Shown here piece after piece: positions 37,901 through 50,600 of a DNA stretch of 64,000 bases. Each line of letters starts with the position of its first letter. Position 1 is the stretch's first letter. Source of the DNA: Balanoglossus misakiensis (taxonomy: Eukaryota; Animalia; Hemichordata); assembly GCA_040954595.2 (NCBI GenBank), contig CM082591.2:6640695-6704694 (forward strand), read 5' to 3'. The position numbers and the translations under genes were made by a program. The notes beneath the pieces were generated by a model. It had not been told where the DNA came from and did no database searches. It worked only from the letters and a program-made list of their open reading frames with translations.

Positions 37901-40900
37901 AACCAGTTAGAGTGGGCTGTCGGTGACACTTCGACGCAGATATGAGAGAAACTCTCGCACTTTCTTTGGGACAGGTCAAAACTTAGCGTGATCGCGAAGT
38001 TGATAAGCGCATTTGTACGAAAGGTCATGTGATCCGCTGGTAAGTTTGCTTCAACTCTGTCACCGTTGATCGAGCCGGTCAAGAACGCGTCGACTTTCAG
38101 CAGATCCACCAGTTGACCAGACAGCAATCCTGTACTGTGAGATGCTGTGGCGATTGTAACTGACAGATAGAAATCATTGGGTACTCCCGTAACAACATCA
38201 ACGGCACCGCTAACTTGCAACGGACTTGCATGGGCCACTTGAACTAAATGGAAGGAATACAGGAAAACGTTTCTTAGTCTATGGATCATTTCTGTTTATC
38301 GTTAGGCACTCAGAACACGGTATATGGCCAAAGAAGTGGTGTCTGGTTATATAAAATAGTGAAGTCACAATGCCTCATAGACCATGGAGAAGCTGTATGG
38401 TGGCACCTACCATAAATATCAATCTTTAAAGGGACAAAGTCTCTCTGTCGCTGCCCTTTTCCCATTAATTTAATACTAGTATGTTTGATACAAGACACCG
38501 TTTATGTTATTCTACGTATGGATATATAGTGAATCAATGTTCAGCCACACTCACCTTCCATCTCGCTTGAAGACACGAGTGTGAAAAAACTCGCCGAAAT
38601 GAATAATCGGTGTGTACCATTTATTCATTTTGCCGTTAGTTTTACTCTCATATCCTACAAACGGGATGGAAGTTGTGTGTGGTTGAACGCTCATTCACTA
38701 CATAAACACATGTACATTTATACATAAACTGTGTCTTGTATCAAACATAAGTAATGAAAAAAAAGGCAGCGAGAGAGAGACTTTGTCCCTGTAACTCAAA
38801 AGGAAGCCATATATAGGATGTGGTACAATTTACTGGAATTGTTGATAAACTGCTCGTACAATCACCAGAATGTCAAGGGAAATGTTAAAGAAGGGAGTAC
38901 CAGTCCTATCTGTTGGCTTAGTATTAGGTATGCAAATTATGAGTTCAAGTGTCAAATAATTTACGTGTTCCATCCCCCAAATTCCAAGGCAGTATACCTG
39001 AGTGGAGGCTAAGATATGGAAAAAAGGTCGCCCAGAGGTCACCCACAAATTTGTCAAAAAATGTTGATCCAAACCTAATCCATATCCAACGACCAATGGG
39101 AAGCTTCATGCTACATTTCTAAGAAATTCTGCCAAACACTTTCAGAGAAGAAGATTTGTGGACACATTTTCGTCCCATAAATGAACATATTCATTAAAAA
39201 CTGCATCTACTTACTCGTAAGCTCAGAATTAGATACGCACAAATTTAATGAGGGCAACTTGGGTCAAGGGGGTCCTGAAATTAACCATCCAATTTGAGTA
39301 CCATCTCAAGCCCTTCTGGCAAGCCTAGAATTGGATATTCACATGGTCCAAAACACTAATAATTTAAAAGTATCAATGAAAATATCGTTAAAATGATTGT
39401 CACTTTACCGATACACGTTCCATGCACTGTCAGACAACCTGAAAGAACGTCGCCTCCTGACCATTTCCATGGAAATCCGGAGTTTCCAAGAGGGAATGCA
39501 TCGATGCAAATAAACTTGACGTCGTCACAACCGATATCAACCAAGTCTGTTTCCATGAAAGTCAGGTTATACATGGATATTAATATGTACGGTGAGACAG
39601 ACAAGGTACCGGAAGTGACGTTGGTCGGTGTTGCCGTTACCAGAGCTGGGTCTTCCTTCAAGTTGGTAGTTTTCAGGTTCAAATTCATGCCGAATATATG
39701 CTTAATTTCACTGGAGAACTGTGCTGTGTCCTGTCCAATCGCTATGCTAACGTCGAGGGTAAAGCGTTTCGATGAACCCATGACGAGGTCAACATTGCTG
39801 TTGGAACTAACACTCACATCGAGAGATAGTCCGTCGATTTGATCTGAAGAAAAAAGGACAGCTAAACATATATCTGATGACCCAATAATCATATGCCTGC
39901 CAGCTTCATGTTCTATAGACAATTTATCTAAACATGTGCATCTGCTACAAATGCACACCAGAATGCTACATGAGAAACTAAATGTGTGGAGTTGTATATC
40001 TACAAGGAATCAAACGAGTAAGGTTACCCTGAAATGATTACATCTCTGAAGCTCAGATTACTGTTATAAACCATGATTTTAATTCTAACTCACGTGTACA
40101 CGTCGTCACCACAACACAGTTTGTGATACACCAGTCTTCGTAAAGCCACAAGAAGGGGGCGTCCTTCATAGGAGAAATGTCGGCGCATACATACGGGTAC
40201 GTTGCACAGCCCATATCACGGAGGTCGTAGGTTGCCGTCAGGTTTTCCATGTTCACGTTGGAATCTGGAAGAATGACGGCCATTGTTGGCGAGATATGAT
40301 CAGCTAATACTTTCTTCGAGTGTGGATGCCCTGTTGCATTGGCGGAGAAGTAGAGCTGAACGTCGAATAAGTTATCCTCCATACTTGTGTAGATTCCCGT
40401 ATCATTTCCGAGGTACAATTTAACGCCAATGCATAACAACTGTGATGTTCCCATGATTAAGTTCATGTCTGCAAACACTTGCATATCAATTGGATCAATG
40501 GGGTCTGCGAAGAAAAGATGAAAAACCATTATGTATGAACATGGCATTGTGCATTGAAAACTTCCTGGAAATGGGTTATCCATGATTCTTAAGGCGGTAC
40601 ATTGCATGTAATGAGTATTAAATGTTCCGAGTGATAGCTTATGTGTTTCTTAACCTGCAAAATAGAGTCAAGCAAGTGTTGATATGGTCCAAAAACATCA
40701 CTTGAATGTACACACGTGGTAACCATAATCTTATCATGACCTCCATCTGACGTTGGATAGGGGATGTGGGAACGCCACGACCTATAAATCATCATTATTG
40801 AACTTTAAATTTATACTCACAGAGACAATCTCCTATCTTTACACAGGCAGTTCTCTTCACGTCCTCTGTCCACTGCCAAACTTCTGTGTCAACTGGATAA

Positions 40901-43900
40901 ATCTCAACACAAATGAAGTTGTAACGGTCGCACTGTATAGGATCGAAGTTGGCCTGAACATCAGACAGCACAGCCATATGATTAGAAAGTGTGACGTCAT
41001 GTCCGGGTACAACAGCTGTTGTCCTGTGGATGTGTGTTGCTCCCTCATCTGCCAGCGTTATGATCCCTGTCGTTTCTGTATTGACATGCCCGCCGCTTGT
41101 TGGGTCTGCACCACTCGAAGTCCCAGTTGCCATTGTTGTTTTACCCAGAGAGTTACTCGTGGGCGCAGCCGCGCTGACGTCAGACACAGCCAGGAAAGCG
41201 CTGATTGAAAACAAATCCGCTGCAGTGCCCTCTACTGTTCGGCTGGCGTAAACAATCGGCAGTTCAACGTTCAAATGGAAGTCATTCTGCCGACCTTGCA
41301 CAACATCCGGGATATAATCTGGGTGAACGCGGAGGGTTGGAGTCCCACTGACGAATGCTTCAAAGAGAAAGAGATTTGACCACGTCATTATGTGGTCGTG
41401 TCTATTTTACAGTTAACAATTATAATAACAAAAGTAACGTGAGTTGGGCAGTTAGCTGTTAAAAAGCAGCCATTGGTTTTACCAACACACAAGTAAAAGC
41501 TAAAGTCGTGTGATAAGGACAGTGGCTAAAACTGGCCTACTAAAAAGAAGCAAAAAGACCAAGGGCTGGTCAAAGCCAATCCATTTATATACGCACACGT
41601 ATCTGCCATCGATGCCAACAAACAGCAACTATACCGTTTATACACATATTCGCACACAGTGTTATTTTTGTTTAAATATATATTTTAACTGGCAAATAAT
41701 TGAAAATCAAGCAGAATATTGTAAAATTGTGTACTGCACAAAAATTGAGACATTCTAATCATCTTGACCATGACAATACTTTTGGTATGAATATATACTA
41801 ATTTTTATTTATTCTTATTAATTTTTTTTATTTATTCACGAACCAACAAGTTGCCCCAATAAAATGAAATAAAATGACTGTACAGAATTCAATAAGACAA
41901 AAACCCAGCTGAATAACAACAGACAAACAAATGAACGTACTGACAAGACATTGACGTATGCAAGAAAATAGGAATCTGTGATAAACACACAAAAAGCATG
42001 ATATAGAATATAGTTATTCAGTAAAAAGGAGACTTTGCATAATGCCTATCGAAAACTGGTGTAGTTACCAAAAATATCAACATGTTACCGGGTCGTGGTT
42101 TTACGTATCCATGCTTAAATGTTATTCGTTTAAATTCTGATGTATTAATTTGTTTCAAAAAAGTCAAATTATCTGACGTGATCGTTTGCTTCCGTTTTAT
42201 GTTTATATAACGTTGAACATGAGAAAATTGAAAATAAATGCATGCAAACTATACGTCCTTCTTCCCAAGTGTTTGGACAAAGGGAAGGGTCTTCGCGCCG
42301 CATGGGTGTCCCCCTTGATGAGAATATGTCCTCCCATACCAGCGCAAACCCCACTGCAGTCGCCACGACCTACAGACTAGGATCTTCAGTTGCTGTCATG
42401 CCCTGTCTACGCTACGGTCGGCTGCTTCGTTCATTCGAAGAATAATCTAATTTCAGGGATTTGTGGATGAATTGTAATGTTTATAAACAAACAAACAAAC
42501 AAACAACACGCAAACGCGAGGGAGAACTATTTGATTTCTGGGGTGGTAAGATTTTGGTATGCCAGAATTTATTTTTCAACCGCTATCACAGCAAATGAGT
42601 CAACCTTTTTCTTGAGGGCGTTGCAGCAGGTATTGATTTCCTCGGCACCCTCTGCCAACATTGTTTTCCAAAATCCACCACCCACCCTACGTCCAGAAAT
42701 TAAATGGTTGTCCTCTAACCGTGATTAAGATGGACAAAAAAATACATACCAGTAAATAGTCCAACCGCAGCACCACCACCAGCGAGTATCAGCCCTGTGG
42801 TGATTAAGACCCCGATGAAAACCTTCCGCCGCCGTTTTAGGCCCGCCTTGACAACTGTCTGTGGAGCAAACCCAATATATATATTAAGATACAGGAACCA
42901 CGTATGTTCATTTAAGAACGAACAATACCGACACGCGACAATGTTAAACAAACACTTGTGGACTCTAAAGGACCAGAAAAGAGTACAGTAAAAAAAGGCG
43001 AAAAATAAAACACGCAAAACCATATTCTAACATCAGCAAAAATGCAATTTGTGCTAATGGGAGAAATACTTCATCATATGTAGACCAAATATGGACACAC
43101 TGAACAAACGGAACGATCACTTGTCGGGCCGTCTTGACATCTGTCTGTGAACTAAACCCAATATACCTTAGAGAGAGGGGAAAAAGAAAGAGAAACAGAC
43201 AGAGAGACATAGAGAGACAGAGAGTGAGAGAGAGAGTGAGAGAGAGATTATGTGTGGCGCTCGTCAACATATGGATTGAAAGGCGGTCGTCGTCTGGTCT
43301 GCGGCTAATTGTATGGGTTCCATACGACACAGTTTCTAGCAAGATTTTTTGTTTAAAGTCGGCGTACAGTGTAGCTATTACAAAGTACAAAGGTGAAAGC
43401 AATGTGTTCGGTACTTTGAATTGCATTGTACATGACGGCAAGTTCATCACATTCCAAGTTAATTTGATAAACATTTTGCTTAGCAAGGTCTCCCTGAACA
43501 CTGAGAACAAGACATGAACATGACAGCTATAACATGACAGGAATCCACACTCTGAGATTTCCTTACAAGCCCCGTGTAATCTAAACATTATGCATCACTG
43601 TATACATGTAGACAGAACAAATTGAATAACTGGGTAGCGACCATAAATTGTTTCACCGGATGTTCACTCTTGTCTCTCTACAAACAGAGTAAAGATCTTA
43701 CTACAAGCCACGTGTGATCTAAACATTATGCATCACTGTATACATGTAGACAAAAGTTGTCTCAACATTGAATAACTGGGTAGCGACCATAAATTGTTTC
43801 ACCAAATGTTCACTCTTGTCTCTCTACAAACACAGTAAAGATCTTACTACAAGCCACGTGTGATCTAAACATTATGCATCACTGTATACATGTAGACAAA

Positions 43901-44655
43901 AGTTGTCTCAACATTGAATAACTGGGTAGCGACCATAAATTGTTTCACCGAATGTTCACTCTTGTCTCTCTACAAACAGAGTAAAGATCTTACTACAAGC
44001 CACGTGTGATCTAAACATTATGCATCACTGTATACATGTAGGCAAAAGTTGTCTCAACATTGAATAACTGGGTAGCGACCATAAATTGTTTCACCAGATG
44101 TTCACTCTAGTCTCTCTACAAACAGAGTAAAGATTGAGTACTTTAGTATTTTAGCGTGTTTCAACTAGTAAAACACCATGAACAGCTTTTCATTTCAAAC
44201 AAAATTCATGAAAAAATGTTCAAAAAGAGCGACTTTATCTCTTTAAGGTATGTTTGAAATTACTCGTGAGGACTATTTTGCCCTGACTGAATCAGCTTGA
44301 TGTAACCTATTGAATTCACGCAGCGTTTTCTTACTGACCGATTGAAATTGCTTCATTGATACAGTACATTTCTTACAAACATGTTTAGAGATACCATCAG
44401 GTCGACGTTGTACCTTAGAGTGAGGGGGAGACAGACAGAGAGACAGACAGAGAGACATAGAGAGACAGGGAGAAAGAGAGGGTTGTCCTAAAGCCGATGA
44501 CTGAGTGTATGTTTTCGATGGCGAATATTAAACATTCATATCATGCAGTTATTACAGCCAGATGGTATAATGCGACTACAATTGTACGTTTCAAGTCCAT
44601 AATCGCGCGGTTCACTTACCTTGTACCTAAATGGTGCTACTTTATTGTTTTTCAT
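34918..44655 (-). CDS. Uncharacterised type II membrane protein: signal-anchor + 4 tandem unnamed Cys-containing domains + C-type lectin domain + C-terminal CDDGG Cys-rich module
   Basis: In-frame GT-AG exon chain: 44620-44655 ([12 protein letters not shown], less certain), optional 44339-44413, 42750-42858 (KRRRK + [25 protein letters not shown]), 40821-41357, 40094-40504, 39409-39843, 37842-38243, 36723-37002 and 35933-36000 (CTL: ARSTC..IWLNG..W..GEPD..CLQMW..WDDIPC..FIC), 34918-35045 ([40 protein letters not shown]). All intron phases match. Confidence 0.85.
35448..35803. mobile_element. MITE family A, full copy (last intron of lectin gene)
   Basis: Intact TIRs and TTAA at both ends. Confidence 0.87.
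37034..37467. repeat. (CATA)n microsatellite
   Basis: Directly visible; explains the HTYI/MYVC ORFs. Confidence 0.96.
37624..37768. mobile_element. ~145-bp palindromic MITE-like element (similar hairpin remnants at ~23305-23429 and ~60240-60320)
   Basis: AGGGGTTATTACACGA..TTGGTCGATAACGCG pairs with CGCGTTATCGACCAA..TCGTGTGATAACCCCT. Confidence 0.7.
38426..38794. mobile_element. MITE family A, full copy (lectin gene intron)
   Basis: Intact TIRs; right TSD mutated (gtaa). Confidence 0.85.
42519..42716. mobile_element. Small TIR element adjacent to the family E copy
   Basis: Imperfect ~22-bp TIR AGGGAGAACTATTTGATTTCTG / CAGAAATTAAATGGTTGTCCTCT. Confidence 0.55.
43565..44134. repeat. Minisatellite, ~146-bp unit x ~4, in lectin-gene intron
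   Basis: Unit starts acaagccacgtgtgatctaaacattatg at ~43565, 43703, 43849 and 43995. Confidence 0.92.
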
Positions 44656-45586
44656 CTCGGAAGTGAAATAACTTCAGTTTCGTCCCCTTCCTTTCTATCA
44701 CTGTACAGTGCTCCACTTTCGGGGAGCGTCTCTGACTTGGGTCGACGTCGACAAGTCTCGCGATGTCAAACAAGTGAATCTAGTTTTATTCTCTGTTTTC
44801 AATTTGACACGCAGCACATTTTGAATATTGCAAAGACTGGGAAGGTTTTGAGGGCTGTTATGTGTTTTTTGTCTGTCACCGACGGGTATACCACCTTGTA
44901 CACAGAAAGAAAATTACTTTGGGTATCAAAACGTAGCCAAGCAACACACATTAAGTTTAGAATTGTGTAAAGCGTACATTTGTTCAGGTAAGAGTATCTT
45001 GGTGGGAACCGATGAAATATACTATTCACTATTTTAAAAAGAACATATCCCAGCGTATCATGTTTCCATTAAGACTACCGTTAATTGCGTAGGATGCCTC
45101 GTAATACATAATATAGCTATTCCTTGGGTAATTGAATAGTATAAATATAATCCACCGATAAATAAGAAGGTCTAACAGTTCGTACTATTCCACTTTGTCC
45201 TTAGGTTATGCAAGATCATTCAAAATGGTTTGCTTTCATAGTATCATGGGGTTCTAAAGGGTGTTAAAATTTGCCACAGGCCTGCCTACTCAAGTTGCTC
45301 GCTTCAGTTATCTTCATTGTTCTTATAGTAGCGAGCCGCATTATCTCAAAGTTGGCAATTTTTAATACACTTTATAATACCACCTTCCTTAATCTCTGTG
45401 ATATAGCAGTGAAACTTTAGCTTTGCATTTTACACGTTGAAAGGGGTGTTCAAAAACCAGTCCTTGTACCTCGTCACAGACATGTCCCAGATGTGCTGAA
45501 TGGTTATTCATAATATGCCTGAGGTTTCAAATGTCAATTAACATTCAGGGCGTACTTTCAACCCTGATGTTTCTCATTTCCTTCAG

Positions 45587-45681
45587 GTTTGTGTAAAAAC
45601 ACATGTGATACTACTGGAGATAACAAATGTGACGACGGCGGAATAGGCTCCAAATTCAATCAATGCGTTTATGGAACAGAC
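45587..45681 (+). pseudogene. Orphan, truncated exon encoding a CDDGG Cys-rich module
   Basis: Acceptor tttctcatttccttcag followed by (G)LCKNTCDTTGDNKCDDGGIGSKFNQCVYGTD, then breaks into AT-rich sequence. Aligns with the terminal exon 34918-35045 and has the same phase-1 start. Confidence 0.6.
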
Positions 45682-47685
45682 GTTGATTATTATTAATTAA
45701 TTAATTAACACTGACAGTCAGTCAGTCAATGGTCACTTTTCCCATCTTCCCAGGTCAGTTTGCCAAGCGTTAACCATATATAAATGCTTATCTGTGATGC
45801 GGCAATTAAAAGTAAAAAATCATGAAAATGACCTAATAATAGTTCCTCTATGTCAGTGATGCAGCCCTCATCTTATAGTCTGAATATCTGTCGCCTGTCC
45901 ATCGACCGTTCGTCCGCCGTCACACTGCAATTACCTTTTGAAAAGTTGATGTCCCTGCAGCTTCGACTATTCACCCTGGATGATTTCAGTCAAATGTGTT
46001 GCAATCTTGACGAAATCTGCAGTATTGCATCTTTGGGATACTCTCTGATTTGGTCACAAAATCTTCAACCATCTTCTTCTCGGTACCCTCTAAACTGATT
46101 GCTTTGATATACTCTAGCATTGCACGTAGTCTATCTGTATGAGGTAGGTTTACAATTTATTCAGATTATTATTATTAAGAGTGATACCTTTAAAACAAAC
46201 ATGCTACAAATTGTAAAATCTCTCAGAATTGAATATTATTTCACCTCGCTTTCAGTTCACAGTGAGGAGAGCCCAGATCTGACTCAAAAATGTCTTTTTT
46301 TCGCTGATAAATAATAACAAGCTATTTATATCACAAAAATGTCTCTGGTAGATTGGGTGACACCAAAGCGGAGACACGCAGTGATTGCACAATAAATTGT
46401 TTTACACAATTGTATGTATATAGATACACACATACATGGATGCTGGTAGACACAGGAAATATGAAGAATAAAATTGGACGCAAAATTGAATTTAAAAATT
46501 CTTTTAATAACAATATTGTATCTACACGTCAGTCTAACAGGCTTGTGTTTTCGACTGCAAGCTTTTGAAAATGTAATATTCATAGAATTTTTAATTGAGA
46601 GTATTTTGGGACGTGCAATGCGTCATGGCGACATCTTTAAAGCATTGCATGTAGTCTAGCTGTATGGGGTCGGTTTGCGATTTATTCAATTTGAGACGAA
46701 ACCAGTCCTCTGTTAACAATATATTTACCATTTTAGTCAAAATTCGTGTTAAGATCTGCTTGACGATTATTTCCCAGAGTTGGAAAAGTCGTATATTGCA
46801 CTACTGCTTTTTCGGAATCTCTCATAAACTGTACACACAACAGGCAAGTGAGTCGAATCCACATTTTGCCCGTCCATGCATTGATACACCCACATAAACA
46901 CCAATCAGTCCATCCATTTATCCATCAAGATTTTGTGTCTCTATTGTCACATGCTTTACTTCTCATACATATAACTTCAGACCACCATATGCTTAGATAG
47001 ATATTTTATTCAGTTAATCATTCTTGATTACATGTAATTCGGCATTATCAAGGAAACCCGCAACCAATGAAAATGTTCAGAATGGGCGTATAGTCTTCTC
47101 ACGTTTCCCTGGGTAAAGTGGTTCCAAGGTACGTTATGCTGGATAAAACAGGACAAAATGAAAGAAATATTAGGAATATTTTAAAGAAATGAAGTAAGAT
47201 CAGTTCATCCATCCATCATTCCATCCATCAATTAATCAAGCAAGCATTCAATCAATCTGTCAAACATTAATATCAATAATCAGTCTGATAGTAAGTCAGC
47301 AGTCAGTCAGTCTGTCACTCAGTCAGTCAGTCAGTTTAACAATCTTTATTTTCTATATCTATATATTATATTGAACTTGCTCCATCAAACACTAGACAGT
47401 CCCTCTTCAATACAATTAAATTTGCTCCATCAAACACTATTATTTATCCATTCAACCACTGATCAATGTACATAATCAACTCCAAACAAAAACGGCAAAT
47501 CAACTCATGTCGAGCATTTGGTGATTTCCAATTCATGACAATTTCTGGTATCTCGGAGGACTCTTCTGGGGATATTTGGTCATACATATGATGTTACTTA
47601 TCAGAATATCGATTATAGGTGAAATGTTAACAACACATCGCACTTCATTACATAAAATACCCCAGTTATCAAAGTCGCTTCTTAC

Positions 47686-50600
47686 CTCGGGACACATAAC
47701 CAGCCACATTCCACCATATGTCAGCAACTTCTGTGACGCTGCTTCTTATGTAACAGTTCTTTCCTGAGACGCTCCAGGTCCAATTGGTACATTGACCTTC
47801 TGCTTGACACAGTGCACAGCATTGGTCTGATGACTGTATGTTTGGTACTGTTCTAATGGTGGCACCTCGCAGGTCAGTTCCCATGATGGGAGTACAGTCA
47901 AATGGGGCTAGAACAAAGAAATGAATGTTAATAAAAATATATATAACAAGTTTAATCCTAATAGTGTAATATCAACATAATCCTTATAATTGTCTATACC
48001 CATTGAAGAAGTGATGGTTCAACTTTTCGTATAACCTCTCCTGAACTTGACATTAACAATTGGGGTCACCGCACAAAGTTTCGATTGAGAAAGCTAAATG
48101 TATCAAAGTTTCTTATATTCGTCATTCTAAATTATTTTTTATGCAGTCCACAAACGAATTATGACAAAACACTATTGTATCATAACAAAAGATATATCGC
48201 TCCATGAAACTTTAAATATTTACATTCTAGCATATTTCATATTATTTCAAAGAATGTAGTAGGTAACTATATCGCGGTCAATGGGACAGGTTGCACATAT
48301 ATATCTGTCGTTATTTTCGTGTCAATTTATACTGTGTTACTATAAAAGAAAAATGTTTTTATAAACTCCTTCTTAGCATGGTGATAAAAGAGGTCAATAC
48401 TTGACCCGTACTGCAAACATGTAATTATGCAATATATTCCACGCAGTCGCCTTTATATAAAATGGAGAACGTCAAGACATAGATATATGCACACATATTT
48501 CAGTTAAACGCAGCTATTTATATGAGAACCATTATTTTAGAAGGAAAATATGTTATGGGTGATACATAATTGCTTTTTTACCTCTGGACACAACGCCGGC
48601 AACATTCCACCATATTTCAGCAGCCTCTGTGACACTGCTTCTCAAATAACAATTCGTTCCTGTGCTCCAGGTCCAAAAGGTACATTGCAAATTTGCTTGG
48701 CATTGAGCACAACATCTTTCTGCGTTCGGAACGTTTGCCACTGTTGCCACGTGGGCACCTCGAAGGTCGGTTCCGTCGACGATGGAACATCCCAATTGTT
48801 CTAGCAAAGAAGAGTTAATGCTTAAGTTATATCAATAATTTGTTTATTTCTTGTTAAGAAATGTTTAATTGCGGACTGTGAGGGCGCCCCTCAGTTTACA
48901 AGGGGGCTACCGGCCCTGTGATTGGTGCTTTCCCAATTGGCGGTTTTTAGTACTGTAGGAGTTTTCTGTTTGGCGCCCAGCCACTCAGTTTTTTGGCTTG
49001 GCAATATTAGTTGGTTCGTGTGTCGTTTTCCCTACCCCACCCACCCGTTGGTCGGTGTGGAGTGTGTTACCACATTCAATTAATAAAACACACCCCACTT
49101 TCACCCAATCCTGTGTGTGTGTCGCTTGTTCATTCATAGTAGTAATTATGTGTCTATACCAGTCTCTCTGCCTATCTGTCTGCCTTTCCTTGCTATCAGG
49201 TGTATCTCAATTTTGTTTGAGGCAAGGACTTTAGGGCAAGCAAATGTTCTCCTAAGCATTTTTTACATTTTCAATGACTCGAAATAACGGATCTTATGCT
49301 GCGATAGATGCTCAATAACATTGTGTAAGTACGTCTGTCTATATTACCGGCATGATTGTAAGCTCGTAAAGTCAATATGGCCCATATAAACGTCATGTGA
49401 AAACTTTTCAACAAAACATGTCACAATAATTATGAAGAGAAGCCGTCGTGAATGTTCACCCGAGTGACGTACCTCATTGGAGAGATGATCTGGCTTCCCT
49501 GAAGTATTAACCACGGGTTTAGAACGTACAAAACTATGTGTGAACTCACTATTTGGAACCTGCAAAAGTTCGTTGGGTGTTTGTCCACGATGGGGCTCGG
49601 GTACTCCAGATAGATCGATTTTGTTGGACGCCGCAGCGTTCAACAACGCATTTAACACCTCGTTTTGTGTAAGACCATTGTCTTTTTCGAGAAGCAGGGC
49701 TGCAACACCTTTGAAGAAAATATTGAAGAGAAAAACATATCAACACACACGCTTATAGACACGTTGTACCGTCGAATGGGGGTCTATAGCACAATTAATT
49801 TGTTTAACGATCTTATATTCAACTGTCGACTTCACCAATGACGTCATGTGCTACACACCCTGCGTTTTGTGGTCATGATTTCACCATGCCTGAAGATCAC
49901 CGTTGCCACAGTTTGAAAACAAACATAATGGGATATTTAGCACAACCGGTACCCAATCAGTGTCATATTAATAGCCAGAGTCACAGTACTGAACATTACA
50001 TTCCGATAAAGAACCACCCAACTTTGTATTGCATGATAGTGTGGAACAATTAACCCACAAGATTTATCCATAATTTGGTAACTTCTGATAGGCAATAGTG
50101 GACCACTTTGATTTAAATAAATAATTGCACATGTTTAATAGGGTCAAATTCGTTCAAATTTCTTTTGCCGTAGGACACACTAAGATACCCTTACCAGAGA
50201 CATGGGGCGTGGCCATCGATGTTCCACTCTTTTGTGTATAGCTTCCATCACCAGCGCGGCTAGCACTTCTGACGTCAGACCCAGGTCCAAGAATGTTGAC
50301 GCAACGGCCATAATTTGAAAACCAGGAGAGGTCATCATCGGATTCTGTTGCTCCCACTGTAATTGCCTGTAAGACATGACCATGGATGATGATAATGATG
50401 GTGATGATGATGATGGTGATGATGATGATGTTTGATGAAGGCAACCATCTGCAATGTATGGGGTTGATTAATATATCAGACACATGCAAACAGTTATCAC
50501 CACTAATAATGCACAAACCTTGCCCTTAAATTACAAAATTACCAAATTTCAAACTAAGTAATTTATTTCTGCGTGTCACATGGACACTCATTATAGGTTA

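Noticed and set aside
43565-44134. Regular repeats suggestive of a CRISPR array
   Set aside because: Whole 146-bp units are near-identical with no unique spacers, no cas genes, and the context is eukaryotic.
46402-46442. Possible terminal exon of subtilase 1 (ASMYVCIYIHTIV*)
   Set aside because: The acceptor is plausible but the peptide is low-complexity and nothing else supports it; not included in the model.
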